Positions 40,331 through 53,079 are shown, numbered from the stretch's first letter. The stretch is DNA of 53,448 nucleotides from Octopus bimaculoides (GCF_001194135.2 NC_068983.1:164719661-164773108); one strand, 5' to 3'. Program-made: numbers and translations. The notes: generated by a model from the sequence alone, not told the origin.

Positions 40331-42014
40331 TAGATATACATATATACATATATATGTATATATATATATACATAAATACATACATATGTGTGTGCGCATG
40401 TATGTGTGTGTGTGTGTGTGCGTGTGTGTGTGTATGTGTGTGTATGTGTGTGCATGGAAATGTATGTACTTTCTGTTGTGTAAAGAAATTTCCATCTGCG
40501 CAGTTTATTAATCCACATCTGAAAATTAAGAGACCGAAGCAACGGCTTTGGCATAAAATGGAAGTATCGTCGAAACAACAGGGTAATAAACAAAGCGAGT
40601 GACTAATTTGCCCTTTGCATCGTAAGAACATTCATCTTGCACAAATCAATGATTTTCAATAAATACCAAAGTTTAAGAAAGAAAATATTGTCCAGTTTAT
40701 TGATGCAGATAAATTAATCCTCTCCAACTGGAAAATATCACCTACATCGGATTGAAGCACCACACCCCTCGGATCTAGCTGGAGAAATCTTCCATTCTCT
40801 ACCTTCCTCTTTTATATATCAACTCTTCTATCTATTAACCATCATTACTTAATTTTTTGAAGACCATTCTAATTGCCCTCTATAGCAGATGTATATGATT
40901 TTCAGAGTTTTTATAGCACTTTCTTATTCATTCGGTTCTTTTAAATTGGTTTTCAATTGCTTCGAAAACTTAATTCTCCATTTTCCAAATCCAGGCATTT
41001 CAATTCTATTTCTAAAATACCTTTCTTGTGCCTAGAAACAGAATCTGCCTTATAGTCTGCATAACGCTGCTCTTCCAATATACAGTAGTGTATGAGTGCT
41101 TCTTTATATTGGTACTCGTTTCTGTATGTTTGTGTTTCTCATTTTTGAATAAAGTCTGTCTTCACTTGTGTAGACCTTTTCTATAACGCTTGCTAATGAA
41201 TCTTCCGCACTCGTATCTATTCCATCATAATGCAAAAGTCTTTGTTAACATCAGACCTGATACAGTAAAATAAATTCAATTTCCCCACAAACCTTATATC
41301 GAGATAAAAGTGGGGAGAAGCCATTCAATATAACTATTTTGTAATTTATTTAGCAATGTCAAATTAGTATTTATATTTCATTCTTGTTTTTCTAATATTA
41401 GAAATTAAATAACGCTTCCAAGTTGTTCCTTTTTAGTGGGAAAAATTAGTATTTTTACAGATTCCATTTATTCAAAGCGAAATGTACCAAGAATATTCAT
41501 ATATTTTCACATCCTAGTCATCCGTTAAATTCCTTTGAATTCTACATTTTAAATTCTTTCACGTTAACAGAGACTGTTGAATTTAAAACAATTTACTAGT
41601 AATGTTTTTGATAACATTTATCAAAACTCTCAACAATATGGAGTCAATTATATTGACGAAATAACTCCCTTTCACACATTAACATTCTGCCTTGCTAAGA
41701 GGGCAGCTTTGCAACATCATATGATGAAATCTATATCTCAATGTACAGACGCCAATAATTGGCTGATGTCTTATTTTGATAGCGGGACTAATATCGAATC
41801 TGCTTTGTGAAATATAGAAAACTAGAACTTTATTAAAACCAGTAAATTTTACTATTGCTGAACAGCTGTAACTGTCTAAATCTAATAGAAACCACATTGG
41901 TTTTGTCACTTTTAACCCATTCGATATTCTATAAATGCCTACTTTACCTGTATCAGGTCATTTTAAACCAAAGCGTTAGCGAACACTATTGCACCGGTGT
42001 ATATGCATATATGT

Positions 42015-42046
<32 letters not shown>

Positions 42047-42068
42047 GATATACATATACGTATATATA

Positions 42069-42105
<37 letters not shown>

Positions 42106-42720
42106 NNNNNNNNNNNNNNNNNNNNNNNNNNNNNNNNNNNNNNNNNNNNNNNNNNNNNNNNNNNNNNNNNNNNNNNNNNNNNNNNNNNNNNNNNNNNNNN
42201 NNNNNNNNNNNNNNNNNNNNNNNNNNNNNNNNNNNNNNNNNNNNNNNNNNNNNNNNNNNNNNNNNNNNNNNNNNNNNNNNNNNNNNNNNNNNNNNNNNNN
42301 NNNNNNNNNNNNNNNNNNNNNNNNNNNNNNNNNNNNNNNNNNNNNNNNNNNNNNNNNNNNNNNNNNNNNNNNNNNNNNNNNNNNNNNNNNNNNNNNNNNN
42401 NNNNNNNNNNNNNNNNNNNNNNNNNNNNNNNNNNNNNNNNNNNNNNNNNNNNNNNNNNNNNNNNNNNNNNNNNNNNNNNNNNNNNNNNNNNNNNNNNNNN
42501 NNNNNNNNNNNNNNNNNNNNNNNNNNNNNNNNNNNNNNNNNNNNNNNNNNNNNNNNNNNNNNNNNNNNNNNNNNNNNNNNNNNNNNNNNNNNNNNNNNNN
42601 NNNNNNNNNNNNNNNNNNNNNNNNNNNNNNNNNNNNNNNNNNNNNNNNNNNNNNNNNNNNNNNNNNNNNNNNNNNNNNNNNNNNNNNNNNNNNNNNNNNN
42701 NNNNNNNNNNNNNNNNNNNN

Positions 42721-42820
42721 GAGAGAGTGGATGAGAGAGAGAGAGAGAGTGGATGAGAGAGAGAGAGAGAGTGGATGAGAGAGAGAGAGAGAGCGGGAGT
42801 GGATGAGAGAGAAAGAGAGA
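42721..42820. repeat. (GA)n-GTGGAT higher-order minisatellite, ~22-bp period
   Basis: gtggat recurs four times, separated by GA runs. Confidence 0.8.
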
Positions 42821-43577
42821 GAAAGTGAGTGTTTATTTTTATGTTTAGTTATAATAACAACCTCACATTAGGCTAAGGGGGATATTCTATACTTTTGTAG
42901 AGTACCAGCTTATTCTTAAACAAAAATGTTGACAGTGCCTTCTAAGTTTCTGAAACATTACTTACATACATACACACACATACATACGTACATACGCACA
43001 CACATAGATATATACATATACATATATATATGCGCATATATATATATATACATATATATATACATATAGATAGAGATTCATCAGCACAGTATTGTCCCAA
43101 AAATATATATAAATAAACAGAATTCTCACTTCACCAAAAACGAACACCCTACGTATCCGACAGAGTAAAGGGAATGAAGTTTATCTGTATATATCTTCAT
43201 CAAAGAAGCGGGAATACTTCCGGGTTGCTTCCGGGTTGCTTCCGGGTGTCCATGTGGAGACAGGAATAAAAATTCAACATTGAATATATTCCGTGTATAT
43301 ATTTGATAAATAAATTCAAAAAGGGATAAAACTCTTTTACAAGAATTTTATCAAGAAGCCAGTGTGTAAAAAAATTCATAAGGGAAATTTCTATTCCCAA
43401 GAATATAATTATTCGTTTATATCTATATAAAGGGCATTATTACAGAAAATAATAACACCACACAGTGTTTTATCCCTTTCTGAATTTATTTATAGATAGA
43501 GAGCTAGACAGATAGATAGGCAGACAGACAGACAGACAGACAAGCAGACAGACAGACAGACTGACAGACAGACAGCG

Positions 43578-43612
<35 letters not shown>

Positions 43613-44207
43613 NNNNNNNNNNATATGTATATATAGATATACGCACACACAAGCATAGATACATATTGATCAATGTTCTCTTCTAACGTGTGTGTGTGTG
43701 CGCACGCGTCTGTGTGTGTTTTTGTGTGTGTGTATGTGTGTGTATGTGTGTGTGTGTGTGTGTGCGTGTGTGTGTGTGCGTTTTATGCGCTGTATCTGTA
43801 TACACATACGCACGCACGTACCTTCTTTGCTAAGGTCTCTTTCCTTTTATTAAGCCGCTTCGACTACTTTGTTTTAGAAAGTCTTCTCTGAACTTTACAC
43901 TTGTATCAATTGAACTATTGAATTTTTTTTTGTTTTGGATTGTCTTGAACCATTCCTAATGTTTTCCGTATCACATGAATGTATCTATTACATCACACCA
44001 CGCCTTGCTGTTTTTTTCCTTTACCTGTTCTATAAAATAGACAGTAATGATTATTTTTCTCTAGAATATGAGAGTAACTGTGCTTGTTTGTTTGTTTGTT
44101 TGTTTTTTACCTTACGTGCCAACGAGCGTGTTAAACGCTGTGAATCATGTACTAAGCTTCGAACGGCAACATTCTCGGTGCTGGCAGCGCAGAAAACATC
44201 TAACAAT

Positions 44208-44274
44208 TTATGAATAGAATATATGAATAGAATATATGAATAAAATATATGAATAAAATATATGAATAAAATAT
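44208..44274. repeat. 13-bp tandem repeat, about 5 units
   Basis: atatgaata(g/a)aat units. Confidence 0.85.
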
Positions 44275-44413
44275 AATTGGTATCCTGAAAAGTAAAACAA
44301 GACATCTATAAAATGAGCTGCAACAAACAACACATGCTTTCATTAATATCTAAACTTTTACCTGTGTGTATATACACACACACGCACACACACACACGCA
44401 CACACACATACAC

Positions 44414-44448
<35 letters not shown>

Positions 44449-44567
44449 CACACATATATATGTATGTATGTATGTATGTATATATACACCCATACAATAA
44501 TACAGACATACACACACATGAACGCAGTAACACTCACAAACAGTTACCTACACACACTAACACAGGC

Positions 44568-44613
<46 letters not shown>

Positions 44614-45456
44614 ATATATGTATGTATGTATGTATGTATATATATATATATATATANNNNNNNNNNNNNNNNNNNNNNNNNNNNNNNNNNNNNNNNNNNN
44701 NNNNNNNNNNNNNNNNNNNNNNNNNNNNNNNNNNNNNNNNNNNNNNNNNNNNNNNNNNNNNNNNNNNNNNNNNNNNNNNNNNNNNNNNNNNNNNNNNNNN
44801 NNNNNNNNNNNNNNNNNNNNNNNNNNNNNNNNNNNNNNNNNNNNNNNNNNNNNNNNNNNNNNNNNNNNNNNATATATATATATATATATATACATATATA
44901 CTCACACGTATACATGCATATCTGCTCACACAATTACACACAACTAGCTGAATAAAGGACGTGTATAGAAGAAAAAAAATCACACTCAGTCAGAAAATAC
45001 ACACCTGTAAAGGTGCTTCGTTAACAGCCATAAAACTGCGAATGTGCTGATTGGGAAATAATGCTATAAATCAATGTTGGTTTTGTCAAATAATAACATA
45101 GGCTGTAAGATTACATTAGAATATGTATAGAAATGGAAAAGTAGGTTTTTCGAAACACGGAAATAAAGAGATAGAGTAGAATAAGGTGAAATAAATTGTG
45201 TCGTTCTACTTGTGAGATAAATAAAAGAAGTATTGGGTAAGTAGTAAAACAGACTGGAAGCTGAAATTAAACTGTCACAGGAAGATATAAAGACTGTGTA
45301 ATTGTTGTAGAATTTGAATAGTTTTACAGAAAGAAAAGAGCTTTAATGGCGGACAGTTTAATGTCGGTAGGTAAAGAGATGTAGCGAGCAGGAGAATGAA
45401 ATTAATTGTTTTTACTAACAATGATGGGAGCCTTTATAGCATCAATGCAACGGCAA

Positions 45457-45576
<120 letters not shown>

Positions 45577-45700
45577 CCTACTCCAGAAGCAAGGGAAACT
45601 AATACAAATAGCCACAAAACACGAGCAAAACAAAAAACTGTTTTCAGTATTTAAGGAAGCTGACAAATACAAACAAGAAATCAATCTACCTAACAAATAC

Positions 45701-45769
45701 GAAGAAGAAGAAGAAGAAGAAGAAGAAGAAGAAGAAGAAGAAGAAGAAGAAGAAGAAGAAGAAGAAGAA
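45701..45769. repeat. (GAA)n microsatellite
   Basis: Read directly. Confidence 0.95.
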
Positions 45770-46287
45770 ATGCCCTGATGCAGTACCAGGGAGTTCCTCT
45801 CAAGGCTTCTGATCTAAACTCATCGGGAGCGTTATATACGTTGTTTTGTCTCGGCATTAGATAGACTACAGCAAATATACTGCTCAATATCGCAGATTTG
45901 CCTTTCAGTAGTTTGACCCTTAACCAGTTCAGCATGTTCCTTAGTGGCTGACCATATATGCATCTCTGATCACAAGCAGGAGTAGTGGGGGAGCATCATA
46001 GCCATGTGTTGAGAGGAATTCTTTGAGATTCCAATAATTCGCCTCTGGAAACGTAGGTGTTTTGTTCATCATCCTTAAAATAAACCTTATTCAGAGACCT
46101 TTTAAGTGAGATGGGCTACTCCACCTGAAGAAAATTCGAAGCGCTGCTTATCACCATGTTGCGCACATGTGGTTGAGATGCATGTGCCTAATGTACCATT
46201 AACACACGGGTAGTCATGATGGATATATTGGACTTCATATATTTGTACCCCACTATCACTTCGATGGCATGCACTGCTCTCCGACTC
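45770..46287 (+). mobile_element. Element D copy with a small internal deletion
   Basis: Same 5' start and 3' end as 46355-46910; preceded by (GAA)n, followed by (AAT)n. Confidence 0.8.
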
Positions 46288-46354
<67 letters not shown>

Positions 46355-46357
<3 letters not shown>

Positions 46358-46910
46358 CCCTGATGCAGTACCAGGCAGTGGCTCTCATGGCTTCTGATCT
46401 TAATTGATTGGAAGTGTTATCATGTACATTGTTTTGTCTTTGTATGAAAGATGGACTACAGCAAATATTCTGCTCAATACCACAGATTTGCTTGTCAGTT
46501 GTTTGACCTTAACCAGCTGAGCATGTCCCTTGGTTGCTGACAATATGTGCATCTCTGATCACGAGCAGAAGTAGTGGGGGAGCATCATAGCCAATTGTTG
46601 AGAGGAATTGTTTGGGGTTTGGGCAATTCACCTTTGGAAACATGGGTGGTTCATTCAAGATCCTTAAACAACCCTTTTTCAAGGACCTTTTGAGTAGGAT
46701 GGGCTACTCAACCAGAAGAAAATCCTAACTGGGACCCACCTGCAAGGTCATGTGCTGTTTCTCTTGATATGAGATTACCATGTCGCGCACATATGATTGT
46801 GATGCGTGTGCCTGGTGTACCCTTATCAGACGGGTAGTCATGATTAGTATAATGGGCTTTGTATATTTTACCCCAGTGTCACTTTGATGGCATGCACTGC
46901 TCTCTCACTC
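46355..46910 (+). mobile_element. Full-length ~555-bp non-coding, (AAT)n-flanked non-autonomous retroposon (element D)
   Basis: Begins atgccctgatgcagtaccaggcagtgg and ends ctctcactc(aat)n; homologous to four other copies in the window; no ORF and no clear tRNA A/B box. Confidence 0.8.
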
Positions 46911-47018
<108 letters not shown>

Positions 47019-47305
47019 TTAAAGTGGGAAATACGAAAGTTGTGGTCAATGAAGAGAGTAGACGTGAAACCAGTAGTAATTGGTGCACTTGGAAGTATCA
47101 GTACTCAACTACCAACATGGCTGACAAAGATTGGTGCAAGTATGAAGGTATAACACCTACGAAAGTCAGCATTTCTTGGAACTGCAAGAATTATTCGCAG
47201 GGTTTTTGAAGCTTGACCAGTAAACAAGTGTCACCTTCATCTGCTGAGAGTGGACAGCCGACACTTTCCATCATACCCAGCAAAGTAAGCTGTGAGGTTT
47301 CATAT
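47019..47305 (+). mobile_element. 5'-truncated R4/Dong-clade fragment (RLE C-terminus plus 3'UTR)
   Basis: LKWEIRKLWSMKRVDVKPVVIGALGSISTQLPTWLTKIGASMKV / HLRKSAFLGTARIIRRVFEA* (stop 47214-47216); lies between (AAT)n 46911-47018 and (AAT)n ~47306-47392. Confidence 0.85.
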
Positions 47306-47332
47306 GATAACAATAATAATAATGTTAATACC

Positions 47333-47394
<62 letters not shown>

Positions 47395-47688
47395 AAACTG
47401 TGGTCAAATAACAAGAAACTCCACGGTATAAGAACCACAAAAAATTACTCACGTGGGTATTAGTCACATTTGAGAAGAATATTGTCAACTTGAAAATACT
47501 TGATTTTCTTTAAAATTTTTCAAAACTAAAATATTACAAATTTAACAGAATCTTATTTCTCAGATTCTGGTCTCCTTCACATACAATACACGGTTGCTAT
47601 TTATAAATAACAACTATAGTAAAATGTCTAACAAGTTATTACTTGAGGTCTCTGGTACGTATTAAATGGACCAACAATAATGTACATG

Positions 47689-47744
<56 letters not shown>

Positions 47745-47768
47745 TATAATAATAATAATGATAATAAT

Positions 47769-48043
47769 GATACCAGGCAGTGACTCTCATGGCATCTGAT
47801 CTTAACAAATTGGAAGTGTTATCATGTATAGTTTTGTCTTGGTATAAAAGATGGTCTCACTTGTTTGACCTTAGCTAGTTGAGCATGTCCCTTAATGGCT
47901 AACAATATTTTGAATTTTGAATTTGATTTCCAGGATATTTTGTGTGAATGTGTGCGTATAAGAATCGGTGTGCGAGTTATTATTGGCAGAATGACCCTCA
48001 CGAGGTAAAACAAAATACGTTTCTGTTATGAACACCGCACACA

Positions 48044-48092
<49 letters not shown>

Positions 48093-48431
48093 GCATACAT
48101 AAATGTGTGTGGCGGGGGGAGGGGGGTAGAATGTTTGAAGTGATGAACTGATATTGTACAGGGTGTCCACAAAGTCTGGGTACATAGGGTAAATAGAATC
48201 ATAACATAAACAATTAAATATAAGAAATAAACATTTCTTAAACTATGTGTTATTCCCGTGTACCCAGACTTTGTGGACACCCTGTATATTAAGAAAATGG
48301 AGGCAATCAGGATGTTGGATAATTCTGTATTGATCACGAGCAGAAGTAGTGGGGGAGCATCATAGCCATGTGTTGAGAGGAATTCTTTGAGGTTTTGATA
48401 ATTCACCTCTGGAAACATGGGTGTTTCGTTC
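47769..48431 (+). mobile_element. Interrupted element D copy (47769-47908 plus 48331-48431)
   Basis: Element D sequence stops at ..aacaatat and resumes at tgatcacgagcag.., with about 9 nt missing and ~430 bp inserted. Confidence 0.75.
48159..48284. mobile_element. 126-bp Tc1/mariner-type MITE
   Basis: Perfect 26-bp TIRs (cagggtgtccacaaagtctgggtaca, 48159-48184 and 48259-48284); TA on both sides; paralogous empty site with a single TA at 50739-50740. Confidence 0.92.
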
Positions 48432-48957
48432 GTAGTCATTCTTTCTCCTCGCCCGTTGACGGAGTCGTAGTACTGGAAACAAACGTCGCAATCAAGACAC
48501 AATTGGAAGTGCATTGTGAACGGCGGTGTATAACAGCATCTGATGCTCTAGTCGATACTTTGATATAGTGATATATACATATATACAAATACATATATAT
48601 ATGTCTGTATGTATGTGTTATATAAGTATATATATGTATGTGTGTGTATGTGCGTGTGTGTGTGTGTGTATGTGTGTGTGCGTGCGCACGTAACAGAGAA
48701 AGAGAGTATATGCACATATGTATATGTATTTGTCCAATAGTGTACCGAGTTGCGTCTTTTTTCATCAATCTGTATTTAACAATTCGGTAAAACAATTATC
48801 GATATATTAATACGAGGCTTAAGTCCTCTGATCAATATGACTGACAAATCTCTTGAAGACAATACCCCCGGCACGTACCTCTCAGTTCAATGAAACTACA
48901 AATAGAATAAAGTAAATGAATTTATGTATATGTATGTGTATGCAAAACGCACTCGCG

Positions 48958-49006
<49 letters not shown>

Positions 49007-50611
49007 CTATCTATCTATTATTATGTACTTCGTTCTCCACAGTTTCTTTAATCTCTTTCAAAATCGTTTTTTGTTTGTCATTCTGTACATATAGAAATGC
49101 GCATGTGCATGTTACACGCATACACATATACTTACAAACACATACACACAAACACACGTAACGTCACACTCACACCCACATATATAGAGACAGAGGAAGA
49201 TATACAGCGTTACTCTGACGCTGTTGACTTATACCGTTTTATTAAATGTCTACTGGAAAACTAAAGAATGCCAGACTACGATAATGAAGCATTACTGTGT
49301 ATCCATAGTAACTAGAAAATTGCTAAGCTTCTTGTTTCTATCTGCATTGTCACTAGCATTTGGAATATCTTCTCATTTGTTCACAGATTTCATGATAAAA
49401 AAAAAAGAAGAAATACGTGCTGCTCTCTTTCTTATTAATTACTATTATCACGATTGTATTTCATTTCTTTCGGAATATTAGTCACGTTAAGCTAAAATAT
49501 ATAACTGTAATGCTTTTTTTTTTTGTCATATTAATCTGCTTCATCTCTCTATCTTTCTGCCTTACTTTAATATTGTTATTCGACATGTTTGTTCGCTCAG
49601 AATTGCTTTTTCGCTATTTACATCAAACAGCAACTGACAGAAATAGTGATTTAATTTCTTTTTGACAATTACAAGAGAAAACGGTATATTAAGAGAAGTT
49701 GATTAAATATTAATAGACCATGTCATAACATTTCCCTTACTAAACCCTGCGACACACGAATTTCTATCATAAATAGTAGTTATAATTGTGCTTAGCTTTA
49801 ACAAACTACTTGAAGAGAAAACGTTCTTTAGGTAAATAAGGAAACTCTTTAAGGATTCGAAATGGCATTTGGAAGCAATTTCTTAATTTCAGTTAACATG
49901 GCACGAAACACATGGAATAAGCATAAATTTCGCATGTCTCCCTAAGCTATTCCTATTACAGCCAACATTTACAGATGAAGCGTACGAACTCCCAGTAGTT
50001 AACAAAGCTAATACAAGGCATTAATGAATGCCCTCGAAACACACACCAGTATTGAACATAAATTTATAAACGATTAGCGAAGACTCTATTAACTTATCCA
50101 GCCATTTGTAGCATTCAGTCATGCGTGACAATTATATTTTCATGAATGTAGAGCGGCGAATTAATAGTATCGGCAAATCATTATTACGCCATCATGCATA
50201 TGATATAGATTAGATAATGTAAAATTTGATCGTTATATATTTTCTGGGGGCGTTTATTACTTACTCTGGAACTAAAATTGTCACTGTCTCAGTTTTCCAA
50301 GATTTTAATTCTACACTTGAACACACGTGATCGGTAACAACGATAATGATATACCAAAAAACGTTGCTGTTAATAGTCAGCTGACCTATTAGAATAATCA
50401 ACTGGACGCATTCAAAGCTACAAGCTTAAGGAGAACATATGTGGGTAATATAGTCTTAAAAATACACAAAGATGACATCACCATTGAGGATTGTCTTTGC
50501 ATGTAGCTCAGTTTATTCAGAGTTTAGTTACAGATAAACAAAATTATAGTAATAATAATTTTTGTAATGAACCCCCCACACACACACACACATACATATA
50601 CATATATACAT

Positions 50612-50683
<72 letters not shown>

Positions 50684-51282
50684 TTTGTGTGTGTGTGTGT
50701 GTGTGGTGTAGAATGTTTGAAGTGATGTACAGATATTGTATATTAAGAAAAAAGAGGCAATCAGAATTTTGAATAATTCTGTATTTAGCACTTTTATCCA
50801 TTCATGAGGAATTTTTAACCAAAGACATACAAGATGAATGATGTTTTGTGATGTTTATATGAAGGTATTACAAGACGCGAGTGTGTATCGAAACGCTAAC
50901 AATAGCTTACCTTTTATTTTCTGTCACTTTCGAATATTTCGTTTGTGCATTTTGTTTGCGAGATTCTTGATGTGAACTCATGTGTTGAAACGTATTTTGT
51001 TTTATTTCGTGAGGGTCATTCTGCCAATAATAACTCGCGCATTGATTCTAATACACAAACCTTCACACAAAATATCCTGGAAACCAAGTTCAAAACAGAA
51101 TATTCTAAATTCTAGCCAAGCTAAGAGGCTGAAAAATATTATGTTCTGCTGTCTCAAGATCAGATTAATAACCCAATCTAGAAGATGTGGTATAGAAATA
51201 GTGCGTGTATTTATTATTGAAATAACACCCTCCTCTCAGGACGCATCAAAAATATTTTCGAATAGTTTTACAGCACCAAGCT

Positions 51283-51462
51283 GGTAGAATTATTAGTTTC
51301 GGAAAAAATGCTTTGCGGCATGTGTTCCGAATCTTGACGCTAAATTCGAATCAAATTTTGCCTTCCTTCCGGGATTAATAAAATACAACCAGTCATCTAC
51401 TAGGGTCGATGATATCGATTAGGCCCCTAACATTCAATTTATTGACCATGTGCCTAAATTTA
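51283..51462 (+). mobile_element. Family A SINE, highly diverged
   Basis: gctggtagaa head; tttgccttcc core; tgtgcctaaattt tail. Confidence 0.55.
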
Positions 51463-52215
51463 AAAAAAAAAACATTATTCAAGTAGTTAGATGCTCTTAA
51501 GTTTTGAATGTAGCAATTTTTTCATCATGATTTCTTTGAATCTCCAAAGAATTACTTTAGCATATCAATTAATTAAGTTTAATCACTATATTTAAAAATA
51601 ACAGTTGAGCGTTATTTAGAAGTAAACCGTAACAAATTTGTGCTGCGGTCTGAGAAAATGCAATCATTCCGGTCTTTAACTGAACTAATTGCATATTTTT
51701 ACCTGTCTCCAAATAATAAAACTTGCAAAGAAGTAAAATGTTTAATTTTTATTGTTCCTAATTAAAACTTTCATTTATTTGGTGGTTGTAGTTGTTGTTG
51801 TTTAATTCTAACAGTATAATGACTTTTCTGTAGCCGGAGGAAATTGATCTTAATCAAGTTCAATTATATTGGTATTCACTCATGAGAACATGCTTTTCTC
51901 AAAATAGTTATTCCCCGCCAAAGTTGTGGTTTTAAAAAAGCAATAAATCTTTTAATATATTGTATATCTTTAACATTCGACTATAAAGTTATACTCGAGT
52001 AGTTAACTATTTTCTATAAGAAAATCAGAAATCTTTAAAATATTCATGTTTTTAGCATGGACTTCAGCGTTCGTGTGACAGCTGACGTATTATAAATATA
52101 TGCTAAATCACGCCCTTCCAGCCGCAGTATTATAAAGTTGAAATCATTGAGACAAGCACATCACTTCGAAATTTTGATAACATATCTTTGAATTTTAATA
52201 TCTTTGGAATATTGC

Positions 52216-52556
52216 TTCCAAATTTTGGCAGAGGGCCAGCTATTTCGAGGAAGGGACTAAGACTATTACACCGACCCTAGTGATCAACTATTATTTTATG
52301 GAACCCAAACAAACGAAAAGTAAAATCGATCTCGGCGGAATTTGAACTCAGAACGTAAAACGGACGAAATACCGCCAAGAACAGTTCTGCCAGTTCGCCG
52401 GACATAATGCTTAGCGGCATTTCGTCTGTTTTACATTATTTGCTCAAATCCCACCGAGGTCGATAAAATAAGTACCAGTTGAGGACTGGGGTAGATTTAA
52501 TCGAATTAATTCCTTCCTCAAAATTGCTGGCCTTGTACCAAAATTTGAAGCCAGTA
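52216..52556. mobile_element. Head-to-head inverted pair of family A SINEs (52216-52399 minus; ~52397-52556 plus)
   Basis: The minus copy ends ..ctgccagttcgcc and the plus copy starts gccggacataatgcttagcggc, sharing gcc. Confidence 0.75.
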
Positions 52557-52827
52557 TTAACTGTGGAAATATGTCTATGCACGTATTGGATTCTTGTAAT
52601 TTCATTATTTAAATCTCATTGGAACCTTCCTCTCCTCTGGCTATCTTCTATCGAATTTCCAGCTATGTAGATTGAGCTATGTAAGAGCATAAATAGACTC
52701 TATCTGAAAAGAGAATGATGTAATTTACGAAAGATAAAATAACATTTCTGTATAGATCGATAAAATATTTGAATTTTGTGTAGTTTTCAAACAATGTTAT
52801 TTCTATAATCTCAACGTCTTAATATAC

Positions 52828-52847
52828 GTTTTTTTTTCTGTCCACAG
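52828..52847 (+). promoter_or_regulatory. 3' splice acceptor of the globin B12.2 intron
   Basis: gtttttttttctgtccacAG|G directly before the ATG at 52849. Confidence 0.9.
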
Positions 52848-53079
52848 GATGTTCCGCACCGAACCTTTTTTGAAAGACATGTTCAAGGATTTTCGAAACC
52901 TTGTAACAGACGATGAAATGCGCGAAAATATGGCCCTGGAGAAACATGCCACAATGGTAATGAATTTGCTTGATGAAGCCATCAACAACATCGATAATGT
53001 TGATCTTCTTTTGGATTTACTACACAGAGTTGGGAAGAATCATTTGCGATTTGAAGGCTTTGATGTCAGTTACTTTTGG
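52848..53079 (+). CDS. Central exon (helix B12 to G6) of a single-domain globin, neuroglobin/globin-X-like; flanking exons not identified in the window
   Basis: Translation (x)MFRTEPFLKDMFKDF...LEKHATMVMNLLDEAI...LLHRVGKNHLRFEGFDVSYFW has B14 Phe, C2 Pro, CD1 Phe, E7 His (CAT 52945-52947), E11 Val, F8 His (CAT 53041-53043) and G5 Phe. It is bounded by a polypyrimidine-CAG acceptor (phase 2) and a TGG|GTGAGT donor (phase 0), the conserved B12.2 and G7.0 globin intron positions. Confidence 0.95.

Noticed and set aside
40620-41330. Possible decayed LINE RT remnant on the minus strand (GFG.., IKTLKIIY)
   Set aside because: Only scattered short words among many stops; cannot be supported without a profile search.
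46355-46420. Self-cleaving ribozyme explaining the fixed 5' end of element D
   Set aside because: CTGATG is present but there is no matching GAAA core or HDV J4/2 pattern by eye; an Infernal or RNArobo search would be needed.
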